DNA from: Polyangiales bacterium
GTDB lineage: Bacteria; Myxococcota_A; Polyangia; Polyangiales; Polyangiaceae
NCBI GenBank assembly: GCA_038252755.1
Contig: JBBSAB010000066.1
Span: 1-32,000 of the forward strand
Direction: 5' to 3'
DNA length: 32,000 nucleotides
Under the pieces are notes generated by a model. That model did not search any database, had not been told where the DNA came from, and saw only the letters and a program-made list of their open reading frames with translations. Made by a program: the position numbers and the translations under genes. Below, piece after piece: positions 1-9,900 of this stretch (the first letter of the stretch is position 1; each line of letters starts with the position of its first letter).

Positions 1-19
1 CGTGCCGTGAGCACGCCGT

Positions 20-259
20 GTGACATCGCGGTCGCAGCGGTCTACGCTGCACGCCGCCGTGCCCCGCTACGTCGTCTACGATCCCGAGGATCCCCGCAAA
101 GGCAAAATCCTGCCTGATCCAACGCTCAGCCAGATCATCCTAGGCGAGGGCGAAACAATCACGAAAGCTCTGAGCGCCGCGTCGCCGCCTCCGGGGTCCG
201 TGGTGTGGGACCGCGAGGAAGCGCGCATCGCATACGTCGTGCCTGGCAGCAGCCGCTAA
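20..259 (+). CDS. hypothetical small protein (79 aa)
   Basis: GTG-initiated ORF with G/C-biased third codon positions. The frame is closed upstream by TGA at 8-10, so it does not continue a gene from off the window. No recognisable motif. Confidence 0.35.
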   Translation: MTSRSQRSTLHAAVPRYVVYDPEDPRKGKILPDPTLSQIILGEGETITKALSAASPPPGSVVWDREEARIAYVVPGSSR

Positions 260-303
260 AACGCGCAGGGTATTTCCTGCGGACAACTCGCGAGTAGCTA
301 ACG

Positions 304-969
304 CTACGCGGCCGCTACGGGCGTGCTCAACTTGCGCAGCGCTTGGGCGAGGTTTCGGATCAAGCGCGACAGGTTTTGCATGTTCTCAGTCTCGGTGTTG
401 CCCCAAGCCCAGAATGAGATCATCAGCTGCGTGCCCAACTGTTGGTCGCTGGCATCGGGCAAGCCCAAGTAGCGAACCGGGATGATGGTCGTGCCGACCA
501 CGCCGCTGCGAAAGTTAGGGTCGAGCTTGGCGAGCGCGAGGTGAAGCTCGTTCTTCAGTGCTTCGATCTGTCCGTCGGCCGTGTTGCGAACCAGATCGCG
601 AAACAGCACCATCACGCGCCCCGAACATTCGAGCGCCTTTTGGCTGGCTTCGCTGTCACTCGGGTGCGGCCCAGTAAACGCGCAGTCGTTGGATTCGAGC
701 AGCGATGTCGTTTGGTTGAGTCGCTCGAGCAACATGTAAAATGCCTCGATCGCGGCGTAACCGCCCCACGGCACGAAGTCCTCGAGCGAGCTTCGGATGT
801 GCGCGGGCGACGCCGTCAAATCGTAATAGCGGCTTTTTGGGTTGGAGACCGCGCCGACCCAAGGGTGCGAGCGCGGAGCCGGAAACGGCTCGCCTGCGTA
901 TTCACAAGTCCTCAACCCCGCCTCGTTCCAGCGTTGGTTTTGGCGAGATGAGGCAACATCGCGACTCAA
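304..969 (-). CDS. hypothetical protein (221 aa), compositionally atypical
   Basis: Long ORF with non-repetitive, protein-like composition (FVPWGGYAAIEAFYMLLERL, VMVLFRDLVRNTADGQIEALKNEL). Starts at TTG; the first ATG is only at residue 79. GC is about 58-60% over most of the ORF by hand count, lower than its neighbours. No family recognised. Confidence 0.55.
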   Translation of the reverse strand: MSRDVASSRQNQRWNEAGLRTCEYAGEPFPAPRSHPWVGAVSNPKSRYYDLTASPAHIRSSLEDFVPWGGYAAIEAFYMLLERLNQTTSLLESNDCAFTGPHPSDSEASQKALECSGRVMVLFRDLVRNTADGQIEALKNELHLALAKLDPNFRSGVVGTTIIPVRYLGLPDASDQQLGTQLMISFWAWGNTETENMQNLSRLIRNLAQALRKLSTPVAAA

Positions 970-1028
970 TACCAGATTGCGCCGCTGAGCGGGCGATTCA
1001 ACGGCTGTCAGCTGCGAGGCGGGCCGCG

Positions 1029-1069
1029 GCTTGGCTGCTAGGGGTGTGCTAGCGATTAGCCAGCCAAGC
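1029..1069 (-). terminator. stem-loop overlapping the dus-like stop codon (possible terminator, no U-tract)
   Basis: GCTTGGCTG (1029-1037) is the exact reverse complement of CAGCCAAGC (1061-1069), with 3-4 further pairs after a one-base bulge. It spans the TAA stop at 1056-1058. No T-run follows on the minus strand. Confidence 0.3.
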
Positions 1070-2099
1070 TCGTGGGGCCGTGCGAGTCGAGGACGAGATT
1101 TGCGGGCGCGAGCGGGGAGGCGCCGAGGTCGAGGACTTCGGGCGGCAGGTGTTCGAAGGCTTCGCTAGCGGCTTCGAGCAGGAGCGGCACGGTTTGCTGG
1201 CGCAAGAGCGCGCGGGCGAAGACGGCGCTGTTGGGGACGGCGCGACACAGGTAGCCGAGTTGCTCTTTGAGCGGTCCGACTGGCGCCTTCGCCGGATCAT
1301 TTTGGCGCAGCGTGAGGCCGGCCGCCAAACGCTGGAGATGAAGGGAGATGTCGCGCCCGCTCGGACGATACGGCTCGCGGCCGGCGAGCAGCTCGCTCAA
1401 TTGCCGAAAAATCCAGGGATTTCGAAGCGCGGGGCGGCCGATCATCACCGCGTCGCAGTTGGTCTCTTCGAACATGCGCAGCGCCGATTCGGCGTACCAA
1501 ATGTCGCCATTGCCCACGACCGGAATCGTGAGTGCGCGGCGAATCCGCTCGACGATCCGCCAATCGGCGGTACCGCGGTAGTGGTCGACGCGGCGGCGCG
1601 GGTGCACGGCGAGAAAATCCAGCCCGCAGTCTTCGACCAAGCGCGCGTTGGTCAGCGCGTCGTCGGTGTGGTCGAAGCCAGCGCGCAGCTTGGCCGATAA
1701 GCGCCCGGGCACGGAGCTGCGCATCGTGCGCAGCAACTGACTGAGCAGCGCCGGCTGCTTGAGCAGCGCCGCACCGACGCCTTTGCGAACGGCGGTGTTG
1801 GTCGGGCAGCCTAAGTTCAGATCGACGACGTCAGCGCCGGCTTGGGCCACGACCGCGCCCGCTTCGGCCATCAACGCCGGATCATTGCCCATGACCTGCA
1901 CGCTGAGCGGCACAGTCGGCAATTTTTCGACCTGGCGCTCCAGGTACGGGCGCGAAATCTGCCCGCCTGAAATGCGCACGAACTCGGTACACACCAAGCC
2001 AATCGGTCCATAGCTGGCCAGCACCTCGCGCACCGCAGCGTTGGTGACGCCTTCCATCGGCGCCAACACACAGGCTGGCGAAAACGGAAAGCGTCCCAC
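1056..2099 (-). CDS. tRNA-dihydrouridine synthase (Dus family, FMN TIM barrel)
   Basis: 347-aa ORF with Dus hallmarks: APMEGVTNAAVREV, VDLNLGCP (catalytic Cys), AVHPRRR, VVGNGDI, DAVMIGR. GTG start. Lies 14 bp downstream of the SEC-C gene on the same strand. Confidence 0.9.
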   Translation of the reverse strand: MGRFPFSPACVLAPMEGVTNAAVREVLASYGPIGLVCTEFVRISGGQISRPYLERQVEKLPTVPLSVQVMGNDPALMAEAGAVVAQAGADVVDLNLGCPTNTAVRKGVGAALLKQPALLSQLLRTMRSSVPGRLSAKLRAGFDHTDDALTNARLVEDCGLDFLAVHPRRRVDHYRGTADWRIVERIRRALTIPVVGNGDIWYAESALRMFEETNCDAVMIGRPALRNPWIFRQLSELLAGREPYRPSGRDISLHLQRLAAGLTLRQNDPAKAPVGPLKEQLGYLCRAVPNSAVFARALLRQQTVPLLLEAASEAFEHLPPEVLDLGASPLAPANLVLDSHGPTSLAG

Positions 2100-2113
2100 G
2101 GCGTGAAGCTGAC

Positions 2114-2404
2114 CTAGACTGCGCCGCGGCGGATCGGATTGGCGGCGGTCGCGATGCGCTGTTTCGGCTTGTGGCCGGCCGAACCGTCGTTGCGCGAGGT
2201 GGCCTTCTTGGCGGCAGCAGCGGCAGCAGCGGCAGCTTTCGGGTTGGCTTCCGCCTCGGCTTCTTCAGCTGCGCGAGCCTCTTCGGCCTTGGCTTGTACG
2301 GCGGTTAGCTCGGCCGACTCTTTCGCGGCGTCCGTGGCTTCGTGACACTTCTTGTACTTCTTGCCTGAACCACAGTGGCAAGGCTCGTTCCGTCCGGGTT
2401 TCAT
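2114..2404 (-). CDS. SEC-C motif (SecA C-terminal-type zinc-binding) small protein with Ala/Glu-rich tail
   Basis: The N-terminus [21 protein letters not shown] matches the SEC-C metal-binding motif CxCxSGxxxxxCH. The rest of the protein is low-complexity A/E/K. Confidence 0.8.
   Translation of the reverse strand: MKPGRNEPCHCGSGKKYKKCHEATDAAKESAELTAVQAKAEEARAAEEAEAEANPKAAAAAAAAAKKATSRNDGSAGHKPKQRIATAANPIRRGAV
2211..2236. repeat. 9-bp tandem repeat (GCGGCAGCA x 2.9) encoding a poly-Ala run
   Basis: Reads directly as gcggcagca gcggcagca gcggcagc. On the minus strand it encodes the AAAAAAAAA run of the SEC-C protein. Confidence 0.8.
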
Positions 2405-2464
2405 GATGCTGCCGGCAATCTAGCGCTTCGCCGCCGGCTCGTCACGTTTCGGCCGGGCGGTGCT

Positions 2465-3364
2465 ATGAGCGGTAGCGACATGCGCGTGGATCCAAGCGAG
2501 AACTCGGCGCCGGACGCGGCCGCGGCGGGCGGCAGACGCGGGGACGACTACCTGCTCGGTCCGGACCAAATCGCGGCGTACGGGCGCGACGGCTACCTGG
2601 TCCTGCCAGGCGTGCTGACCGAAGCCGAGCTCGCCCCGCTCGAGGCCGTGTTCGAGCGCTTCATCGGCGGGCAAATCAGCGGTATGGGTCGGGACTTTTG
2701 CGACATGAGCGGGCCGTACGGGCGCGCCTTCGAGGACTTCAACTTGGTCAACGCGGTACTGCCGCGTGTTTACGCACCGGCGTTGGTCGACAACATTTTC
2801 GAGCGCCGCGCGACTTCGATCGCGCAGCAGCTGATCGGCGAAGACGCAACGCTCGACTACGACCAGTTTCTGGCCAAGCGCCCGCAACGCCCCGGCGCGG
2901 TCTTCGCTTGGCATCAAGATCTCGGTTACTGGCCGTCTGGCTCGCCCGACACGCGCACCGTGACGTGCTCGCTGGCGCTCGACGACGCGACCCCCGACAA
3001 CGGCTGCCTGCGCGTCGTGCCCGGCTCACACGCCGAGCCGCAGCTGCGCCCGCATCGGCCCTCCGCGTGGTCGACCTCCCCCGAGTTGCGCGCCGAAGCC
3101 CACACCTTGACCGTCGAGCTCGGCGAGCACGACCAAGTCGTGGCGTTGCCGGTGCGCCGCTGCAGCATCACCGTCCACAACGAACGCATCGTTCACGGCT
3201 CGGCTGGCAACCAAACCAACGGCTGGCGCCGCACCTACGTCGTCGCGCACCGCTCACGCCAAACCGTCGCCTACGAACGCAGCATCGGCTTCACTCACTC
3301 TCATAACGACGCCATCAACTGGCAGACGAACCTGGAAGCGCTCGAGCTAGCCGATCGGCGCTAG
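2465..3364 (+). CDS. phytanoyl-CoA dioxygenase (PhyH) family Fe(II)/2-oxoglutarate oxygenase
   Basis: PhyH-type blocks: DGYLVLPGVL, FAWHQDLGYWP (HxD), RVVPGSH, TVHNERIVHGSAGN (distal His). I chose the ATG at 2465 because the longer ORF from 2375 would overlap the divergent SEC-C gene start. Confidence 0.85.
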   Translation: MSGSDMRVDPSENSAPDAAAAGGRRGDDYLLGPDQIAAYGRDGYLVLPGVLTEAELAPLEAVFERFIGGQISGMGRDFCDMSGPYGRAFEDFNLVNAVLPRVYAPALVDNIFERRATSIAQQLIGEDATLDYDQFLAKRPQRPGAVFAWHQDLGYWPSGSPDTRTVTCSLALDDATPDNGCLRVVPGSHAEPQLRPHRPSAWSTSPELRAEAHTLTVELGEHDQVVALPVRRCSITVHNERIVHGSAGNQTNGWRRTYVVAHRSRQTVAYERSIGFTHSHNDAINWQTNLEALELADRR

Positions 3365-3610
3365 ATCCGCCGCTGCCTTGCACGCCTCCGCCTGACTACT
3401 GGGCTCCCCCTTCAGCCGCCCGCCCGCTCGCCAAGATCAACGGACCTGTCGGCAGACCATGTGCACGCTCGTTCCAGCCGAGCCCGAGAACGATCACTGC
3501 ACCCACTCGCTCGGAATCGGTCAGTGATTGTGACTCAATCGGTGATTTAGGGATGGATTGAGCCGCACGCTGATAAGATCAAGAGCCTGTTACGCTTGGA
3601 GCGTGCTTCG

Positions 3611-4903
3611 ATGAAAACTCCTTTTCTCATTTCGTCACTGTTCGCGTTGGGTGCCCTGAATGGGGCTTGTTCGTCGTCTGAAGGTGGAGCGGGTGTACCC
3701 GGCGGCGGTTCTGGCGGCTCAGGTTTCGCTGGCACGGCGGCGGGCATGACGAGTGTGGGTGGCGCGGCGAGCGACACCACGGCGGGTGGCGCCGCTGGCA
3801 ACACGACGAGTGCGGGCGCGGATGCGGGTGGTGTCGCGGGCGCGAGCACGACGGCGGGGGCGGGCGGAGCAGCCGCGGGTGCAGGCGGCACCGCCGGAGC
3901 AGGCGGAGCGCAAAACGCGCCCGCCGTCGATCGCGCGGCGACGCTCGCGCTGATGAAGAAGGTTGCCGACTACTACCTTGCCAGCTTCGGCAACAACACG
4001 ACTAACGACTGGATTCGTTCGACGTTTTACACCGGGTTGATGGCGGCGTACCGCGCCACCAAAGACAACAAGTACCGCGAAGCTTCGCTGAGCTGGGCGA
4101 TGGCGAACCAGTTCAAGCCGGCTAGCGGCGACGTGCGCTTCGCCGACAACCAGTGCTGCGCGCAAACCTACGCCGAGCTTTACCTCGACGCGATGCCGGG
4201 CGACCCGAAGATGCTCGCGCCGATCAACACCGTGCTCGACGACATGGTGGCGAACCCGAAAGCCGGGCGCGTCGAATGGTGGTGGTGCGATTCCTTGTTC
4301 ATGGCTCCGGCCGCGCTGGCTCGTTACGCGAAGGCGACTGGCAAGACGCAATACCTCGACCTGATGCACAGCATGTACTGGGACACGACCGACTTCTTGT
4401 ACAACAAGCAAGTCAACTTGTTCTGGCGCGACAGCGGCTACGTCGGCAAGAACGTGTACTGGTCGCGCGGCAACGGCTGGGTGTTTGGCGGCCTGCCGCG
4501 GATCATGGAATACGTGCCGACCACGGACGCGAAGAAGCCCAACTACGAAACGCTCTTCAAAGACATGGCAGCGGCGCTGCTCAAGCTGCAGCAGCCCGAC
4601 GGCTTCTGGCGCTCGGATCTACTCGACGCCGCCCGCTTTCCGAATCCCGAGTCGAGCGGAACGGCCTTTTTTACCTACGGTATGGCCTGGGGCATCCACC
4701 ACGGCCTGCTCGATCGCGCGAAGTACTTGCCGTCGGCGCTGGCCGGCTGGAACGCGCTGATCAAGACCGCGCTCAATGACCAAGGCAAGATCGGTTGGGT
4801 GCAAGTCGTCGCCAGTGCGCCCGGCGCCGCGATCGCCGGCGACACGAAAGACTACGCAGCCGGTGCATTCTTGCTCGCCGGTAGCGAGCTGATCGAGCTC
4901 TAA
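3611..4903 (+). CDS. lipoprotein, GH105/GH88-type unsaturated (rhamno)galacturonyl/glucuronyl hydrolase (YteR/YesR-like)
   Basis: Signal peptide with lipobox (MKTPFLISSLFALGALNGAC), then an ~85-aa G/A/S/T linker. Catalytic-domain motifs: WWWCDSLFMAPAAL, WSRGNGWVFGG, ESSGTAFFTYGMAWG. GGAG lies 9 nt upstream of the ATG at 3611; the listed ORF start at 3596 is TTG. Confidence 0.85.
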   Translation: MKTPFLISSLFALGALNGACSSSEGGAGVPGGGSGGSGFAGTAAGMTSVGGAASDTTAGGAAGNTTSAGADAGGVAGASTTAGAGGAAAGAGGTAGAGGAQNAPAVDRAATLALMKKVADYYLASFGNNTTNDWIRSTFYTGLMAAYRATKDNKYREASLSWAMANQFKPASGDVRFADNQCCAQTYAELYLDAMPGDPKMLAPINTVLDDMVANPKAGRVEWWWCDSLFMAPAALARYAKATGKTQYLDLMHSMYWDTTDFLYNKQVNLFWRDSGYVGKNVYWSRGNGWVFGGLPRIMEYVPTTDAKKPNYETLFKDMAAALLKLQQPDGFWRSDLLDAARFPNPESSGTAFFTYGMAWGIHHGLLDRAKYLPSALAGWNALIKTALNDQGKIGWVQVVASAPGAAIAGDTKDYAAGAFLLAGSELIEL

Positions 4904-4911
4904 ACAAAGCA

Positions 4912-4958
4912 ACGGCCGCGCCCTGCAAGAGAATCAATCCCGTGCACGACGCGGCCGT
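4912..4958 (+). terminator. stem-loop 8 nt after the GH105 stop (weak terminator candidate)
   Basis: ACGGCCGCG (4912-4920) is the exact reverse complement of CGCGGCCGT (4950-4958). The 29-nt loop is large and there is no T-tract. Confidence 0.25.
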
Positions 4959-5110
4959 CACCCGACGTTCCCCTGCTCACTTCTCGGCGCGCCCCAGCAG
5001 TTGGGTCGGCAAAAGCGACTGCAAGCTGTCCGCTCCGACCACGATCCGCACTTCGTGGATCTCGGCGGCGATCTCCTTCATGGCTTCCAGTTGCGGCGGG
5101 GTGTAATCGG

Positions 5111-5905
5111 TCAGGGGGGGGCCGCGCGTTTGCGCAGTCGCTCGGCAGGATCGAAGCGGAAGAACGTCGCCAGCTCGGTGTAGAGATCGGGGTGGCGCCG
5201 GAGCAACGCTGTCGGTTGTTCGAAGAATTTCTCGACGACGACGGCGAAGAATTCGGGAGCGTTGGTGGCGCCGTAGGCGTCGATGCTGGTTTTACTGCGG
5301 CGCTCGACGGCGTCGACCAAGTCGGCGTATTCGGCGCCGGCGACGCTGGACCACACGCTGTAGCGTTCCAAGTCGTCGAGCTCCGGGGTGCCGTCCATGG
5401 CGCCGTCTTCGGCGTCGAGCTGGTGGGCGAACTCGTGCAACACGACGTCGTGGCCGTCGCTCAGGTTGGCAGCGCCGCTGAGCACCGCGTCCCACGCCAG
5501 CACGACCACGCCCTGCGTCCACGATTCGCCGAGGCGCGCCTGCTCGTCCTCGATCGTGACGTAGCCTTCCTGGCGCTTGACGCGCGCCCGGTACGTCGAC
5601 GGGTAGACGATCACCGTGCTCAGATCCGGATACAGCGCTTCGTCCAGCTCCACGCGCTGTAGGACGAGCAAGCACGCGCGCGCCGCGATCACGACGCGCA
5701 TTTCCTCGTCGACTTCGAGCCCGCTCGCGCCCTCGAAGGATTTTTCCGAGTTGAAAATCCGCACCAGCGTCTCGAGCTTGCTCAGCTCGGCTTCGGTCAA
5801 CAGCTCGGCGCACGGCACGCGCCGCCGCACCAGCTCCCGAAACCGATCGGGGAACGGCTCGGCGATGACTTCTGCGCGACTCAGCCGACGCCACCAATCG
5901 AACAT
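5111..5905 (-). CDS. mtfA: MtfA-like zinc metallopeptidase (peptidase family M90)
   Basis: 264 aa, collinear with E. coli MtfA as I recall it. It has the HEFAHQLD zinc motif, IDAYGATNAPEFFAVVVEKFF, and the family-typical C-terminus FFRFDP. ATG start. Confidence 0.85.
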   Translation of the reverse strand: MFDWWRRLSRAEVIAEPFPDRFRELVRRRVPCAELLTEAELSKLETLVRIFNSEKSFEGASGLEVDEEMRVVIAARACLLVLQRVELDEALYPDLSTVIVYPSTYRARVKRQEGYVTIEDEQARLGESWTQGVVVLAWDAVLSGAANLSDGHDVVLHEFAHQLDAEDGAMDGTPELDDLERYSVWSSVAGAEYADLVDAVERRSKTSIDAYGATNAPEFFAVVVEKFFEQPTALLRRHPDLYTELATFFRFDPAERLRKRAAPP

Positions 5906-5914
5906 GGGGTAAGC

Positions 5915-5943
5915 ATGGCACGAGCGCGGGCTTCGGTTATAGT
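5915..5943 (+). promoter_or_regulatory. candidate sigma70-type promoter for menB
   Basis: ATGGCA (5915-5920), a 17-nt spacer, then TATAGT (5938-5943), 40 nt upstream of the menB ATG. AGGAGA at 5965-5970 is a plausible RBS. This is pattern matching only. Confidence 0.3.
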
Positions 5944-5982
5944 CGCGCCACCGTTCACGAGTGCAGGAGAGGCCGAAGCGAG

Positions 5983-6885
<903 letters not shown>

Positions 6886-6971
6886 ACGCCACAAAAATCG
6901 GCCATTTTTGCGCCCAGCACGCAGAGTCGTAGCCAGAGGCCGCGCGGCTAGCTAGCCTCGTAAGGCTGCGC

Positions 6972-9900
6972 ATGTTTTCGCCGCAAGCCAACGACGCTCT
7001 CACTGTGTTGATGCAGGCGCTCACCCAGCAGCCCGAGCTGGAAGAGCACGTCCACGAGCGCTGGCGATCGCGAGGCAGCGCGCGCGGCGAAGCGCACAGC
7101 TCACCACTTTCGAGCGAGGTTCTGGCGGCCGCCGATGCTTTGGGCAAAGCGTTGCTCGAGCTGGCTCAGCCGGGTCAAGACATCAGCTCGCTCTCGAAAC
7201 CGTTCGCGGAGCCGACCGCGCCGGTGCTGCTGCTTTGGTGTTACGCCAGCACCTGGCGGCGCGACATTCAACTTACGCCAATCCTAGCGTTGGCCGGCAA
7301 CCAGGCCGAGCTGCGCGAGCGAGTCGCCGCCGTGGCCAGCCAACGCGTCCTGGAAGGACCGCTGAACGACGCACTCGCGGCAGCCCCGTTGATCGGCGAC
7401 GGCGACCAGCTCGCACTGCCGCAAAATTCCGAGGCCCGAGCGCGGCTCGAGATCTTGATCTGGGAAGCCGGAGCCAGCGCGCTCGAGGTGCCGGGGCTCG
7501 GGCGTTGGTTGTTCGGCGCCAGCTCGACCTTCGAGCAGATGGTGCACGCGCCAGCGCGCGGCGCCTTGCGTGGCCGCGTGCTGGCCGCGCGCTGCCTCGA
7601 GATCAGCGTGTCCGGCATGCCAGCGATGGCCGATCCGGAGTTGGTCGGTCGCACGTTGCAAGTGCTGCAGCCGCTCTTGCTGCACCCCGAGCCACTGGTG
7701 TGGATCCACGCCGCACGCGCACTTGGCCGCCTGACCGGCAAGCTCGAGCAAATGGAAGGCACCTTGCTCGACTGGGTGCTCGGCGATTCGGCCGTGCTGC
7801 GGCAACGCGCCATGACGGCGTTCGCCTCGTTACCGGAAGAGCGGCTGAAGTTCCTGGGCGGGCAGCTGATCGCGCTGCTCGATTCACCAACCGAAGCGGT
7901 GTGGGCGCTCGGCGCCGCGGCCGCTGCGACGCCGTACCTATTTTTCGAGCGCCGCGTGCTTTGGGATCGGCTCGCCAAACGCATCTTGAAGGGTGACGGT
8001 GGCGCGATCGCAGCGCGCGCCTTGGCCCGCGGCCTGGCGACGATTTGGCGGCGTGGTCACCAAGCGCTCGACATCGAGCAGCCGCTCTTGGCACTGCGCG
8101 AGATGGCGTGGGGTGCGCGCCCGTCGTCGCTCGACGAGCAACGCCGCTGGATCGAAGTGACGGCAGTCACCGACGCCGTGGAGCGTGCCGAGCGCGATCC
8201 GCTCGACATCGAGCTCGGACTCGAGAACTTGATTCGGCTCGCGGCGCAATACGACGACGAGGAAGCCGACGCGCGCGCCGCACGCTTTGCCTCGTCCATT
8301 TCAGCGACCTTCCAAGAAGCCCGTCGCATCGCGCTCGGTACCGGACGATTGCGGCAGCGCGCCGCAGCCATGAACGCGCTCGAAGGCTGCGCGCGCGCCT
8401 TCGCGCTTCGGTTGTGGGGCCCGATGCTCGCCACCCGCCCCGCCGGTCACCCATTCGACCAGCCCGATCTCGAAGAGGCGTGGGGCCTCATCGCGCGGGC
8501 GCCAGCGGAAATCCTGGACTTGGTGCGTTCGCGCCGGCAGAGCGGCGGCGAGTTCGACGCCGAGCTGCAGCTCGAAGTGCTGGCGGTGCGGCTCGGTGGC
8601 TATGCGCTCGATGCCTGCGGCGAAGACGCCGAGCTCGGTCGCGGCCGCGGCCCCACGGCGCACGATACGTGCCTGTGGTTGCGCAAGATCGAAGGCTTGA
8701 CCGACGGCACCCGCGAGTTACCGGCGTCGCTCAAGAGCGCGCTCTCCGCGTTGTTTTGGCGCTTGGTCGACACCACGCGCGGCACCTCGCTGGGCGAGGT
8801 CGACGACGTCGAATGGCTGGGGCCGTTCGCGGCGTGGTGGGCGCTGGTCATCGACCGACCGGCGACTTTGTTGCAGCTCGCCAACGCGCTGCCGATGATG
8901 GCGCCCGGTGCGCTAGCCAGCTGTTGCGAGCGCGCCGACGTGCTGCGCGGAGCCATTTCTGCAGAAGCCGTCGAAGGCACGTGGGGTGCCGCCGTATCCG
9001 AGGCGCTCGAGTCGCTGCATGCCGCCAAGACCGAGCTGGCGCAGGCGCTGGGCGGACTCGCGGATTCGCTGGCGTCTTTCGCCGTCGCCGCCGGTCCCAA
9101 GCCGAACCTGGAAGAGATGTGTTTGGAGCTGGTCTTATCCGCAGATCGGCTGCAGTCGGCGCTGGCAGATCCGGTCAAGGCGCTGCACCCGGTCCACGAG
9201 CAAAGCGCCGAAGACGCCCGCACGCGCAGCTTCGCCGACAACGCGCCGCGCATCGCCACGCTGGTCGCGCGCGCGATTCGAGCCCGTGAGCTGGCGCTGC
9301 TCGACGTGTGGTTCGCAGCGCTTGGCCCGATCGCCTCCGCCTTGCTCGAAGACGCGGTGCGCGCGGCGATCAAGCGCACCCCACCGCCGCCGCCCAAGAC
9401 CAAAAAGCCCGAGCCGAAGGTGATCGAAGGCTATGAGCTCATAAAAGCCATCGGCGAAGGCGGCATCGGCTCGGTGTGGCTGGTGCGCAAGCCCGGTGCT
9501 GACCGGTTGTTCGTGCTGAAAATTCCCAAGGCTGACGCCTTGACCAGCGCGACCGACGTCGAGCGAGAGGGCATCCTGACCTCGTTCGTTGAAGAAGCGC
9601 GCGTGCTGGCCGGCTTGTATCACCCGAACGTCGCCAACATCATCGACCGCGGTGTGTCCGACGGCATGCCGTTCTTGGTGCTCGAGTACCTGATCGGCGC
9701 CGATCTGAAGCAGTACTCGCAGGCGCGGCACATGACCTTGTTCGAACTGCGGCAAATCGTGTCGGAGTCTTGCTCCGGGCTCTCCGCGCTGCACGCCGCC
9801 GGCCTGGTTCATCGCGACATCAAGCCGGCCAACATTTGGCTGCGCTTGCCGCTGGCGGGCGGCGAACGCTTCGATCCGCACAAGCACCGCGATCCGGGCC

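Noticed and set aside
2375-2464. N-terminal extensions of listed ORFs (2375 for PhyH; also 18567 for AraC, 19899 for GFA, 26569 for ATP-grasp, 22070 for the lipoprotein, 18749 for the methyltransferase)
   Set aside because: The extensions overlap divergent or upstream genes, have poor GC3 or Arg/Cys-rich junk sequence, and internal ATGs have better RBS or signal-peptide context.
3547-3891. 114-aa Pro/Ala-rich minus-strand ORF
   Set aside because: It is the mirror image of the GGC/GCG-rich linker-coding DNA of the GH105 lipoprotein, not an independent gene.
5917-5922. TGGCAC upstream of menB, considered as a sigma54 -24 element
   Set aside because: The required TTGC -12 element is absent at the 5-nt spacing; the sequence reads TGGCAC GAGCG CGGG.
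8045-9289. 414-aa plus-strand ORF in an alternative frame inside the kinase gene
   Set aside because: Extremely Arg/Ala-rich (RRRARS-type) composition, typical of off-frame ORFs in high-GC DNA. It is fully nested in a CDS supported by kinase motifs.
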